From the NCBI RefSeq assembly GCF_009914755.1, contig NC_060925.1: 64,000 nt of DNA, one strand, 5' to 3'. The stretch is from the human T2T-CHM13v2.0 reference genome, Homo sapiens. Below the pieces are notes generated by a model. It saw nothing but the letters and a program-made list of their open reading frames with translations, was not told where the DNA came from and ran no database searches. The first letter of the stretch is position 1. Each line of letters begins with the position of its first letter. The position numbers were made by a program, and so were the translations under genes. Positions 29,261 through 44,149 of the stretch are shown in pieces.

Positions 29261-30689
29261 GAGCACCACTCATTTTTTGCCGTGGAAATAGCTACTTAAG
29301 AAGGCCTATTTGTAATAGTGCTGCCCTTTGGGTTACATGTGATCTCTGTACCTAAAAGGTCAGGTGCTGGGGAAGATGCCTTGAATTAACAAAGGGCCAT
29401 GAAACAATTTTGGGGGGTGACCTGGGAGCACTGAGTGAGCAACAGTATAGGATGAGCAGGGATCTGGCCAGGAGGAAGCTGGACCAGCCGCGCTCAGACT
29501 TGAAGAGACTGTGCTGGAAGATCTAAGCCTTTGTTGCTTCTAACATTCTGTGATTTTCAGAGGGGCGTTCACCCCATTCTGTGGGTGGAAAATCAAGGCC
29601 AGAGGAGACCACACACAGAAAACTCAGGGGCAGGACTAGTGGCTTTGGCCCTTTGGTGGCTTTCTGCCTGCCGTCCCCTGACTGAGTTTTCTTTGGCCCA
29701 CGCTCCAACTATGCCTGGAGAGAAGCTAGACCAGATGGAGACTAGCTGGGAGCATTGACTCCTGGGTTCTCCTCTCCTGAGAACTCTGATCTTGCCAGCA
29801 CAAAGGGGAAGACATCTTCTCTGACTCCTTCAGGGAAGGGAGTCCCGCCGACCACAGCTTTCCACGTTTCTGGGCCTCTGGCTTTTAGCAATTGCCCTCC
29901 TTTCCCGCCAACTCTGGCATCTTCCTGCCTGTGTGGGAGTCACTAGCGTGCAAGGAGGCTGAAGGGCCTTGATTGTCTGTGAGAGCCTCTGCCATTAGTA
30001 AGGCAGTCGTGGAATGTTTATGGCCTCTGCCACTTCAAAGACATTGCTGGGCTCCCATCTAGGGGATGGCTTTGACATTTATAGGAGGGTCAGCGAGCTA
30101 ATAAACCAGAGAGGTTTCTAGTGCCTGAGGGATCCTCTTACAAGAAGAAATTTATTTCACATAGGAATGTCCAGAAATTTATTGGAAATATCCAGCCAAG
30201 TGCGCATACTAACTAACCCCATGCTTCATTTTGATGAGACCTTATGTCCTTGGACAGGAGGCCCTGTAAGGCAGCTTCAGACAACGGGCTCCACCTCAGC
30301 AGGAGCAGCTGGGAGCCTGGGCTCTTCTTTCTGAAACTGCCTTCAGAGTTGGATGGAAGAAGGGCAATTGCCAAAAACCTGGCTGAATCTGTGCTCAGGT
30401 GGAATTTTCTATCTCAGCTGCTGCTGAAATCAAAGATGAGCTCAGGCACTGGTCTTCCAAGATGTCAAAGCACAAGTCCTTTCAGAAAGTGAACTCACGT
30501 GGACCCCAACTATGTGAAATTGCTGCATTTGGAGCTGCTCTGTCCCAGTGGTGTGGGCAGCTTTCTGCTGGACTCTTCTAGCCACAGGGAGGATACCCTT
30601 CCTCCCAGGATAGCCCCCAAGGCACTGTGTCTGAAAGCCCCTTATTTTGAAGAGAAGAAAAATAAAGTCCTAAAATGTTGAGGTGACAT

Positions 30690-31622
30690 CTTAGCTTGGG
30701 TTCCCCACAAAACAGAGCCAGAGGCAAAGGCTTGGGTGCCAGTAGTTTATCTGAAGGTGATTCCAGAAAATAGAAGAAAGAGTGGGGGGAAAGAAGCAAG
30801 GAAAGAAGGAATGCTGAGAAATAATGTGTTCTCCAGATTGCAGGCTGGATTCTTCCATAGCCCCCAGAGAAGAGGTCTAAGGCCCTCTGAGTTGGAGCAT
30901 TCACCCACTGGTTCCTACTCCCTCTGGTTGAGGGTTCCTCCAGTGGGGAGGGATTAACTTCCTGTACTTGCAGGCTGTGCTGATGAGTGGGTTGAGCTCC
31001 TGCAGTAGAGAGGCCGTGGGCATCACATGGGAAAAAACGGTTTTCCAGGTTGACCCTGTTAGCACAAGGTGAATGTCAGGCCTCTGAGCCCAAGCTAAGC
31101 CATCATATCCCCTGTGACCTGCACGTATACATCCAGATGGCCTGAAGTAACTGAAGAATCACAAAAGAAGTGAAAATGGCCCGATCCTGCCTTAACTTAT
31201 GACATTCCACCACAAAAGAAGCGAAAATGGCCGGTCCCTGCCTTAACTGATGACATTACCTTGTGAAATTCCTTCTCCTGGCTCATCCTGGCTCAAAAGC
31301 TCCCCCACTGAGCACCTTATGGCCCCAGCCCCTGCCACCAGAGAACAACCCCCTTTGACTATAATTTTCCACTATCCACCCAAATCTTATAAAACGGCCC
31401 CACCCCTATCTCCCTTCGCTGACTCTTTTCGGACTCAGCCCACCTGCACCCAGGTGAAATAAACAGCCTTGTTGCTCACACAAAGCCTGTTTGGTGGTCT
31501 CTTCACTGATGCGAGTGAAAGTGAATCTGAGCTCACATGGAATTTTCTATCTCAGCTGTTCCTGAAACCAAAGATGGGCCCAGGGGACATGATGTTGTGG
31601 GGCACCAGGGGAACCTGCTATC
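30690..31622. mobile_element. Old MaLR LTR (MLT1K/L-like) interrupted by LTR7
   Basis: TCTTAGCTTGGGTTCCCCACAAAACAGAG...GTAGTTTATCTGAAGGTGATTCCAG start and GGGCACCAGGGGAACCTGCTA end. Confidence 0.6.
31074..31520 (+). mobile_element. Solo HERV-H LTR (LTR7), 447 bp, with perfect 5-bp TSD GTGAA
   Basis: TGTCAGGCCTCTGAGCCCAAGCTAAGCC...GGTCTCTTCAC...TGAAA, with tandem U3 repeat CACAAAAGAAG(T/C)GAAAATGGCC, TATAAAA and AATAAA; GTGAA at 31069-31073 and 31521-31525. Confidence 0.92.
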
Positions 31623-31745
31623 AGGAACCCTTGGGGTCCAGAAAGTCCATGAGCTGGGCCTAGGATGCCAGCGATCCACAGGCAAGAGTAACATATGAGA
31701 TGTATACTTATGCATGTGGGTATACATGATCGCACCTGGGCATAG

Positions 31746-31747
<2 letters not shown>

Positions 31748-31787
<40 letters not shown>
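31748..31787 (+). repeat. (CA)n microsatellite, ~20 units
   Basis: Directly visible. Confidence 0.95.
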
Positions 31788-31789
<2 letters not shown>

Positions 31790-31819
31790 ATTCATTTGAA
31801 TCTTAGCATTTGGAAGGAT

Positions 31820-32379
31820 TGTGGAAATAAACGAAGACCAAATGAGACAAGCAAAAGCTACTTGGCCCAAGCTTGCTATAGCAAGGGAGACAGCCACCCT
31901 CACTTGCGTATTGATGAGACCTAAAGGCAGGCAGAGGAGTGGGAAAGGTTTACAGTGGGAAAAAGGGAAGGCTTCAGGTGTTTCCTGATTGGGGGCTGCT
32001 GGCCTGGGGAAGCTGTAGGCAGGCTCACTAGAAGCGGGGCATCCTATGTGATTGGTAGGGGGTGCATATTTAACTTTCTCTGGTTTGTCCTGAGTTGGAA
32101 GTGGGGACAAAAATTAGCGGGGGCGGGTGCTGTTGGTTATTAATCAAGTCCTGGCCATTTGGGGCTGATTGTTTACAGCGGTTATTTTTTGGTTTTCTGG
32201 ATTACTGTGAGAGATAGCAGCATGATTTGTTGCAAGTCTGACTTATGGTAGCCGGGCTTCCTGGATTGTTTATGGTAGATAAGGGGTTGGTTTCCTGGAC
32301 TTGCTGCTGCAGATTGTAGGTGCAATCCCTGTTTTTAGATATGGTCTGGCTGTTGTCCATTTGTATACTCAGTCTCTTA
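31820..32379 (-). mobile_element. ERV1 solo LTR (MER90/MER87-like)
   Basis: Minus strand starts T(A)AGAGACTGAGTATACAAATGGACAACAGCCAGACCATAT. Subfamily uncertain. Confidence 0.55.
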
Positions 32380-33004
32380 GGATCTTAAAGGGTACTAAGG
32401 AGAAAAATCCCCTCCATATCCTCCCTGACAGAGGGTCAGCTGTAAGGCCTATTTCTGAACATATTTAGCAATGAGAAGCTCATTGCTTCCATAGCAGCCA
32501 ATTCCCTTGTCTGCTGGGATATTCTTCCTTATACTGGGCTAAAATCTTCTTCCCTGTACCTTCCACACTTTGATCCTATCTTGCCTTTTGGGGCAACACA
32601 ACTCTCTCATATGTGAGAGGCAGTGCGGCACAGCAGTCAGAAGTGTGAGCATCTAGAGTTAGATTTGGGGTCAGGTTTTAGCCCTGTGACTTACTATCTG
32701 TGTGACTTTGGGCCATCATGGAGCCTTCGTTTCCTCAGCTGGAGTAGTGGTGGGGTAGTGATGTCTACTCAGGACATCAGACAATGCACGTAGACTGCCC
32801 AGTAATGGATCACTGCAGTGGAAGGTTGCCATCATGGCTGCTTTTTCAGGCTAGGCATCTGCAATTCGTTCACTTCTTCTTCCTCATAAGCTTGGTTGCC
32901 ATTTCAAGACCTACCCTAAAACAGCGCACCCACTCTCTGGCTCTGGAACTCGGCCTGCAGTGGACCAGAGAGAGAGTGCAGTCCTGGGACTGTGCCTTAT
33001 AGGG

Positions 33005-33366
33005 TGATGTATGGTTTGGCTCTGTGTCCCCACCCAAATCTCATCTTGAATTGTAATAATTCCCACGTGTCAAGTGCGGGACCCAGTGGGAGGTAATTGA
33101 ATCATGGGAGTGGTTTCCCCCATGCTGCTTTTGTGATAGTGAGTGAGTTCTCATGAGATCTGATGGTTTTATAAGTGTCTGGTATTTCCCCTGCTGGCAC
33201 TCATTCTCTCTCCTGCCACCCTGTGAAGAAGTGATTTCTGCCATGATTGTAAGTTTCCTGAGACTTCCCCAGCCATGCGGAACTGTGAGTCAATTAAATC
33301 TCTTTTCTTTATAAATTACACATTCTTGGGTATTTCCTTATAGTAATGTGAGAATGGACTAATACA
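33005..33366 (+). mobile_element. THE1C/D-like MaLR solo LTR with 5-bp TSD TAGGG
   Basis: TGAT..ATGGTTTGGCTCTGTGTCCCCACCCAAATCTCATCTTGAATTGTA...GGACTAATACA; TAGGG at 33000-33004 and 33367-33371. Confidence 0.88.
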
Positions 33367-33789
33367 TAGGGTTAGAGTGTTTGGAAGCTGACAGGTGACA
33401 GGGTGGTGGGAGGTGGAAATTGAGGGCTGCTGGGGAAGAAGATGATCAGAAGATTAGCAGGCTGGACTTTCTGGTGTGTGGGTGGGGGGACCTAAGGCTG
33501 GTAAGGCAGGTGGGATAGGACATTGTCCTGTTAAGTTTCCAACCTAACCCCCAAACTCAGCCTTGGGCTCCAAGTTTGGGAACACAGGCTAAGAGAGAAG
33601 GGCCCCAAGCTTTCTTCTGGGCGGGGCCTTTTGCGAAAAGCTCCAGCAGGTCCAGACTGTTAAGGCTGCCTCTGGGCTCAGGGCCCCCATGCTGCCTTTC
33701 CCTCCTGTGCACCAGATTCCCCCAAATATGAACCTTCAGGGAGACCCCATCCCAAGGACAGAGCAGGGGGCTGAGACTGGAGAGCATTA

Positions 33790-34202
<413 letters not shown>

Positions 34203-35472
34203 GGCCTCTTGTGCCTTTTTTTCCAGTCCTCTTGACTGGTCAGCCAACTCGACAGCTCAGCTCCTAAGTGAGCCCCCATCCTGTGCCTAAGGCTGACCAG
34301 GCATGAGGAAGTGCAAACACTGCTTACCCTGAGATCCTGCTGCTGCACCTCCTTTCCTAGGCTCTGCCAAGTTATCATGGAATGTTCTTAAACAATAGTC
34401 CCAGCCCTGTGGCCTGAGAAGATGGTTCTGTTAGAACAACTCTCCTTTTCACCTTTCCAGCTAAATGATGAGGGCTCCAATGGGGCTGAAGAGCAATGTC
34501 CCATCATGAAAGATATCCCAGTCCACAGGCGTGTTAGCCCACCCTCTCTCCTTCGGTTCCCTTAAAAATCTGGGAGGTGAGGCAGGTCCTGAAGATAGAG
34601 ACTGGAAGGAGTGAGGGAATCCAGCTGATCTCAGTGGCAGAGCTGGGACTCAAACCCAGGCTTCTTCATTCCAGGCCTCCTCCTCCTGGGCCATAGCTGG
34701 GTGGAGTTTGGGTTCTGCCAGTGTCTAGCTATGTGACTTAGGCACTTTCATGACTTCTGGGTTCAGGTTCCTTCTGGGTTCAGGAACTTATGGGTTCAGG
34801 TTCCTTCTCCGTGTGGTGAGGGGGTAGAAACAGACCAGACTGCCTTGGGATGAAACCTTGAGGGTGAAAATGCCAAGTCCTGCCCTAGCAGCGGGCAGGA
34901 GAGAGAGCTGTGGAGAGAAAGCCCTTTCCCCTCTGTGGCTGGCTTCTCCCTGGCCTCCTGGGTCAGCCTGAGCCATCTCCCCTCTGGGCAGTGAAGCGGT
35001 TTTTACCCTGCCTGTGGCTCTCAGTTTCTTTGTAGACTCCTTAGGCATTGTGACTGGGGAGCTTAGTCAAAATAACCAAATGCCACAGGGCCCCAGAGGA
35101 AGAAGTGTTCTAGCATTTCTTAGGACATGTTAAGAAACAAACACACACAATCTGTAAATTCTGGGTGTGTCTTTAAAGGAAGCCAAGATAAAGTGGCTCT
35201 GGCCTTAAGCAGTGCCACTGGGAGACCTGAAGGGAGTGACTCCTTGCTTCTGGTCCCCTGGGTCTAGTCCCTCTAAACAGCTGGGGTGAGGAAGGGACAG
35301 TGTATCATTCAGATTTTGCTCTTCAGGGAGGCCTTCTCTGCAGTGATTACTTAAGGAAACAGGGTTTTATTGTGGTGCTGGCTGGCCAGGGCCTGGTTTT
35401 CTTGGTCCCAGGTCCACATCATACCTGATAGAAGGATAATGTGGGAAGAGGGGCAGATATGCTGTGAGTGCC

Positions 35473-35905
35473 AGTGCTGGTTCCCACAGCTGCTGGAACA
35501 AGTTGCCACAAACTTAGTGGCTTTAAACAACAGACATTTATTTTTTCATAGGTTGAGAGGCCAGAAGTCTGAAATCAAGGCATTAGTAGGGCCACATTGT
35601 CTCTGAAATCTCTAGGGAAGAATCTTTCCTTGCCTATTCGAGTTCCTGGTGGTGGCTGGTGTTCCTTGGCGTGCAGCAGCACAATTCCAATCGTTGCCTC
35701 TGCTCCCCATGGCCTTCTCCTCTTCTCTCTCTTATAGGAATATTTGCCATTGGACTTAGGACTCGCTTCTGTAATACTGGATGATCCCATGTCAGGATCC
35801 TTAAACTAATTACATCTGCAAAGAGCTTTTTCCCAAATATGGTCATATTCACAGGTTGGAGTGCGAGAGAGACATATCTTTTTGGAACCACCATTCAACC
35901 CACTA
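35473..35905 (-). mobile_element. MLT1C-like MaLR LTR
   Basis: CCACAAACTTAGTGGCTTTAAACAACAGACATTTATT...GGCCAGAAGTCTGAAATCAAGG...CCATTCAACCCACTA. Confidence 0.7.
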
Positions 35906-37467
35906 GTGTGTCTAAGCACTCCGAGAGTTCTGTCATGTACTCGTAATACACCTGAGAGGAGGGTATTATTCCCATGTTTCAGAAGATAAAACTGAGGCTC
36001 AGAGAGGTGAGATAACTTGTACCAGTTCATATCATCAGTGAGTGGCTGGACTAGGATGGAAACTGAGGGCTTCACCACCCAGGCAAGAGGGCAGGGGCCA
36101 GCCTGTGGAAAGATATGGAAGAATGCAAGCTCGGCCCACGGAAGAGCTGTGAGCAGCTTCATCCTGCTGCAGTGGTGAGTGTGTGAGGGTGGGAATGATG
36201 GGAGAGGAGGCTGAAGGAGAGCAGGGCAGGTCTTTTAAGACCTTTGACCCAGGCTAAGGAGTTTGGGCTTGACCTGGGGATACAGAGGATCCTTGGAGAC
36301 TTCGGAGCTCTCAGAGATGAAGAGCAGACCTCTGGGTTGCATGGAAGATGGATTGCAGAGAGGTAAACCTAGAGAGAAGGGCCTGTCAGGAGGATGGGAA
36401 GAACAGCACCAGTGCAGATGGAAAGGGAAGGAAGAGTCTGAAGTTAAGGGGAGGTCCAAGTGACAGGATTAAATGACCAATGAATTCAGATAAATTTAGG
36501 AATCTAGGAAGTTCCCAGGTTCAACTCCTGAGTGTATTGTGGTGCCTCTCACAACGCTGGAAGGATGTGGCAGTGGGCAGCCATGGTTTGTAGCTGCCCA
36601 AGATCCTTGGACACTTTCCTTGTACTCAGGTCTGAGTCAGTTATCTCCCAGTGCGCTTGCAGAGGTGCAGGTGTGCGCACTGGGCTGTGTGATCGGACAG
36701 CCCACATGAGCCTTTCACAGGAAAGAAGCAACTCGTAGAAAGGGCTCTGCAGGGGCCTGGACGTCAGCAGATGATGGCAGAGGAAGCTGAACGGAGAGCT
36801 GGGCCAGGTCTCATCAGCAGAGGAGCTGCCTTTGGGAGACGCCTTCCTTGTTAGGCAATTCTGTGGTTGGTTCTGGACATTGTTCTTGGACACTCAGCTG
36901 CATCCTGCTTCTCAAGACACCCAACAACTCAACGAGCTACTTAACAGTCTTCATTAAATTCCATTTCTGCTGAAGCCAGCCAGGCTGGACTCTGTTATTT
37001 ACAACTAAGAACCCTGAACAATATAAGTGGGTTTAGCAGCGAGGATGAAAAGGAGGTGAAAGGACAGGGGCATGCTGAATGTGAGGTGCCAGTCGGGTAT
37101 CGATGTGGTGATGTCCAAGGGGCTATTGGCTCTATGGGCCAGGAGCATGGGGTGGCCTGTGCTGGGAACACTGGTGTGAGATCATGAATGTGTAGGTGGC
37201 TGTGAGGCCTATTTGGGACGGGTGCGGAGGGACGGGAGAGCATCGAGTGTGGAACCTCAGTGAACAGCTTCGTTTAAGAGATAGCAAGAAGCAGGGGAGA
37301 CTTAGAAGGAGACTGAGATGGGAGGATCTAGACAAAATGGTGTCATGAAAAGTAAGACAGGAATTCAAAGAAAGAGTAGTGCCTCGGTCAAAAAGGCACA
37401 GAAGGGCAAGGGAGATGAGGAGTGAAAAAACGATGCCTTGCGTTTGACATTTAAAAGGCTAAGGATG

Positions 37468-37746
37468 GGCCAGGCAAGATGGCTCATGCCTATAGTCTCA
37501 GCATTTTGGGAGGCTGAGGTGGGCAGAATGCTTGAGCCCAGGAGTTCAAGTCCAGCCTGGGCAACATGGCGAAACACCATCTCTATGAAAAATACAAAAA
37601 TTAGCCAGGCGTGGTGGTGTGCACCTGTAGTCCCAGCTACTGAGGTGGGAGGATCCCTTAAGCCTCAGACACTGAAGCTGGAGTGAGCCATGATCACACC
37701 ACTGTACTCCAGCCTGGGTGACAAGGCAAGACCTTGTCTCAAAAAA

Positions 37747-37784
<38 letters not shown>

Positions 37785-37785
37785 C
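37468..37785 (+). mobile_element. AluJ-like element (an Alu monomer also lies at ~38215-38341, -)
   Basis: Alu dimer with A/GAAAA tail. Confidence 0.8.
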
Positions 37786-38530
37786 AGTAGAAGGATAAAG
37801 GTGACTTGGAGAAAGCAGTTCCGCTGGCACAATGGGAACAGGAGCGAGACTGGAGTGGGCTGAGGAGGGTGTGGGAGAAGAGGAAATGCAGAGCTCTCCT
37901 ACCACTGACTGTGTCAGGAAGAAGAGGGGCAGGCAGGAGTGAAAGGAGAGGCGCGTACTGCGCTTATGGGCTGAGCCAGGAGCCACTGTGGCCGAGAGGT
38001 AGCGGTGTGGTCTGTGTGGGGATGACTAGGGGAGATGCCAGGGTTGACAGCTTGTTTATCCTTAGGTACTAGATAGTCTGACACTGTCGTTATGATATCT
38101 TTTCTTGAATGACATCTTCTAGTTGTAGAATAAAAAAGTCTTGCAATCATTTGAAACCCAGTTAAAGGGATCACTTGAGTGAGGATGCCATTTAATGAAA
38201 TTGTTATTTTTAATTAAAAAAATGGAGATAGGGTCTTGTTCAGTTGCCCAGGATGGTCTTGAACTCCTGGGCTCAAGCGATCCTCCTGCCCTGGACTCTC
38301 AAAGTGCTGGGATAACAGGTGTCAGTCACTGCACCCAGCCGAGGATACCAGTTTTAAGGACTACTGGGCACCTAGGCCTTGTTTTTTAAAATCCAGAGTT
38401 CTGAAGATGAGAGTGTATGGGGCGCAGGTTATCTATGGGTTAAGGAAACTCAGAGACCTGGGAGGGAGTCTACCTGGATGCAGACCAGGGGCCAATGTTT
38501 CCCGTGATCCCTCCATGCAGATATAGCCTC

Positions 38531-39282
<752 letters not shown>

Positions 39283-39952
39283 TGACCCTGCACTGTACTA
39301 AGCTGCATCTTTCCTTTGCTCCGAGTCTCCAGAGTTTACCCCCGGAGTTCTTGGCTATTGTGCTGTAGGCCCCTTTGAAGCCTATGGCTCAGAATAGTGA
39401 CTTCAAATGTATAAAATACAATATGTAAGATTATAAAAAATATCAAGTTTATTAAAATAAAGTTATCAAGATATTTATTAAAAACAAATTTGTGACATGG
39501 TAATACATGCGCTTCTTTATTAATGGATCAAGTAACAATCTAGCAAGGAGCCTAGTAACTACAGTGATTTCAAGGTAGTGATGAGCAGGAATGATATTTG
39601 GAGCTATTTGCAGCAATAGTAATATGACATAAAAACATCTGTAATTTCTCCTGGCAACAAAATCACGGTACTGTTAAAACTTTTGTAGTTTGTGGCCTAT
39701 GGTTCAAAGAAAATGTTAAAAATTCAGTTAGAAGTTAGTGAACATTAAGATGCAATTTTTCTCTCTACCAAGTTTATGGATTCTCTGAATTCTGCTCATG
39801 AGCTCCTCAGGGCTGTGACTCCAAGTTAACAACCCCCAGCCTGGATGCTTGGGTTTCCTTTATTCTATTATTCCTTTCTTCATCTCTTTTTGAAACGGAT
39901 CAGAGTTAATTCTTGTTTAATCATTAGCAACAAACCAGTAATAAAGGGAGCA

Positions 39953-40406
<454 letters not shown>

Positions 40407-42304
40407 TAGGTGAGACTTACTCCATGCCTGAAGGTAAACAGTCTCAGAGGACTATGCCAGGTCAGGGAATATTCCACTCCATAGTCTCACTCCATGAGAA
40501 GGTCGCCCTACATCTTGAGGGGCCCCTCAAGGTAGGCCTTGAGATTGGCTGTTGCTACACGCGCACACACACACATCTGTATAAATGGTCCATGGTGACA
40601 CTGACATCAGCTAAAGCAGAGAAATAAGGGCCAGGCTGACGTTATGAGATGTGAACTGCACGTAGCCCTTCTACACAGACACTCAATGGCATGCTGCCCA
40701 CCTGCCCTCATTCTCTCCGCAGGTGTGTAGGATTCTGGGAAAGGCTTGCCCGGCACATCTTCTCCACTAGCTCTCTCCTCCCTCAGCGGAACCAAGTCCA
40801 CTTTTAGCACTTTCACCGTTTCCCCTCCATTTTTTACCACTTGCTTCTTGTCTCACCTCCCCTCCGGCTTCCCTCCTTTGTCTCCTCCAGTTCATGCTTG
40901 CTTAGTTCAGGGTTTTCCTCTCCTTTCCACTGTCCTTTTCCACACTGCACCTGGCAGCCAAAAAGTAACCCTAACCATGGCAAAAAAGAATCAAGTACTG
41001 TTGAAATCCACCTAGACAAGGGAACAGGAGAGCTCTAAGGTCTAGAGGGAAATTAGACCCTAGAAGTGCGAGTTCCTGGTCCTGACACATGGAAGGAACT
41101 GAATGAATGTGTAATTGAGTTATTGAATAAAGAATCAGTACTGCTTATCCCCGGAGCTCCTCAGAGTCTCTTCTGGGATTTCCACCAAGTTGCCCTCTGT
41201 CCCTTGTCCTCCTCTAATTAAAATGGCTTTTCCTCAAGCACTAGCATTCAAGAGAAATAAAATGCTTTTAATCAATGCTATTGGTTTTGTTTTGCAACAG
41301 CATTTCTTGCTACCATTCTTCACTGCAATTGTGAGATGATTAGTTTTGTGTGTTTGTGGCAGTGGGGAGGGAGGGAGTGAGAATAGGGGAGCGAATGGGA
41401 CGGGTGTTAGCCTGAGAATCACCTGATCTGACATTGTCTCTTGGAAGGCAAACTTGTGAGGTGGGGTAGTGTGTGCAGGGCAAGCAGAGCCCACAGGACC
41501 ACTTCTGTAAGGTGTTCCAAGCCCCCAGCAAAGTGCTGCCTCCTCCCTAGGTAGCTTTTCTCCCAGAGCAGAAGGTCCTCCAAGGCTCGGATGGTCTCTT
41601 GATTCTTCTGTCACCAGCCCGGCCCAGTGTCACAGTGTACAGGTGGGCCTTACAGACTCATTATTTTGATTCTCACCTCCCAGGAGAATTTTATATTAAG
41701 GCATACAAGTTCATATGTTTATAGAAAAAACTGGCCATTGGTAGCAAATGCTGCTGTGTGCCAGGCATTGTGGTAAGCACTTCATATGCATCACCTCACT
41801 TAACTCTCCATCTGCAGTCAGAGGGATCCTTTCAAGGTGTGAATCAGGCCAGGTGCGGTGGTGTGTGTCTACAGTCCTAGCTACTCTGGAGGCTGAGGCA
41901 GGAGCATCGCTTGAGCCCAGGAGTTCCAGGCTGCAGTGAGCTATAATCACACTTCAACCTGGCTAACAGAGCAAGACCTTGTCTCTAAAAAAAATCCAAG
42001 TGTATACCAGATCCTGCCTCTCCCCTGCTCCAAACTCTCCAAGGGTTCCCATCACACTTGGAGTCAGGTTCCTGCCATGTCCCACAAGGCAGGCTGGATT
42101 TGGTCTTTGGCTCCTGCTCCAACTGCGTCCCCTCCCATCCCGTCCCCTGGCTCACCTCACTCTTTGCTTCTCCTGGAACTGGCCAAAAAGCCCTGCCACA
42201 GGGTTGTTGCACTGACTTTTCATCCAGGCTCTGTCCAGCTCACTCCTTCACTTTATCAGTCATCTGCACAAGTGCCTTCTCAGACAGACCCTTACCACAT
42301 CTAA

Positions 42305-42653
<349 letters not shown>

Positions 42654-44149
42654 TTCCTTTTTAACAGTGCTCAACACAACTGGCGATTTTATTACAAATC
42701 TGTTTATTTGTCTATTACCTGTCTCCTTGACTATAGTCAAAATTACATGAGGACAGGGTTTTGTTTTGTTCACTGCTATATTCCCAGTGCCAAGAACAGT
42801 GTCTTCTATACAGTAGGCTCTCAATAAATATAGTCAATGAATAAATAAATAGATGAATACTCGCAAAATCGTATGATGTAAATGCTATTCTTATCCCATG
42901 TTATAGATAGGAAAACTGAGGCTTGGAGAGATTAGCAATATTTTCAAGGTCATGAAGCCATCGATCTGAATCAAAGCATCTGCCTCTGGGGGCTTAGCTC
43001 CCAGCTCCCGTGCTAGTTAACCTTCCTCTCTGCACTCATAAATGCCTATCAGCGTTTCAATGTGGAAACCCTAGACCCCTGTGACATTTGATAAGAAAGG
43101 TTTTGTGGATGAATCTGCTTGTGAAATACTACAAACTGCATTTCCCACTTGGTGTTTCAAACACTTATTAGCATATGAAAGGCCCTGAAAAGTTCTGCAA
43201 AAAACAAGCCGGTTTGTGTTTCCCAAATTTTTGACTGTAGAAGTCTTTTATTTGTTTATTTGTGTATTAACATATTGCAACACATACCTTGGGAAATGTT
43301 GGCTTTTATTACTGTGGAGAGAAGGCAGATCATCTGACAAAGCACTGGGAGCTCTCTCTGGGTCGTATGACACAGAGAGGGCTGGGGTCAGGGGCTTCCC
43401 TCACAGGCGGAGGGGCCATCCCGAAAGTCAACTTCCCACCAGACTGGCATCTGAGACCACCGTGTTTATACACTCACGGATAAGGCCACTCTCATGCTCA
43501 CCCCTAAAACTGGAAGGCCAGTGGTGTGGCTCTGGTACCTTTCAGCCACAGCCCATACCAGCTCGGCTCTGCAGGGTACTGAGAGAGTGTGTGCCCTGTA
43601 TGTTTGCTGGCTTTCTGCCCTTGGGTCATTGTACCAAGGGACACTTGCTGGTGTTCATCCTGAGCCCATGAGAGAGCAAATCCTTATGTGTGTGTCACTT
43701 AGGAACATCAGCCCCACAAGTCTGGTCTTTTTTTCCTCACTGTCTTATGGCTCCTCACTATAATTTTAACCTTTTAGAGAAATAAGGATACCACCTCACC
43801 CTCTTCTGTCTTCTCAGCTACCTCTGTGTTGAGCCCATGGTAAATGCCTAGATAAGTCTTGGTGTGAGTGAAAGGGAACCAATAATCTTGTATGTTGCAT
43901 AGTTTGGTGCAGGGAAGCATAAATGGTGATGTTGCAAATCCCTTAATTCATTACCAGAGGCTTTCCTCTGCCCCAAGTAAGATAGAAGGATACCCAGAGG
44001 CAGAAAAGAACATTGAGTGAAATATACATAACTGTCTGAATCACTGCGTTCTTGGGAGAGTTAGAGCAACCGTCAAAGCCCCCGAAGTATCCATTTTTAT
44101 TGGTTTTGATGTTGATTTGATGTTGTTAGAGATTCAGGTCTCATCTTCG

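Noticed and set aside
34754-34808. Triple TGGGTTCAGG, plus similar micro-duplications at ~44857-44899, ~47397-47420 and 57901-57945
   Set aside because: Ordinary small slippage or tandem duplications with no sign of function.
42944-42952. Perfect TCAAGGTCA NR5A1/ERR site 1.4 kb upstream of PROK1
   Set aside because: Lies in a MIR whose consensus already carries CAAGGTCA (another copy at ~12132), so it is weak evidence on its own.
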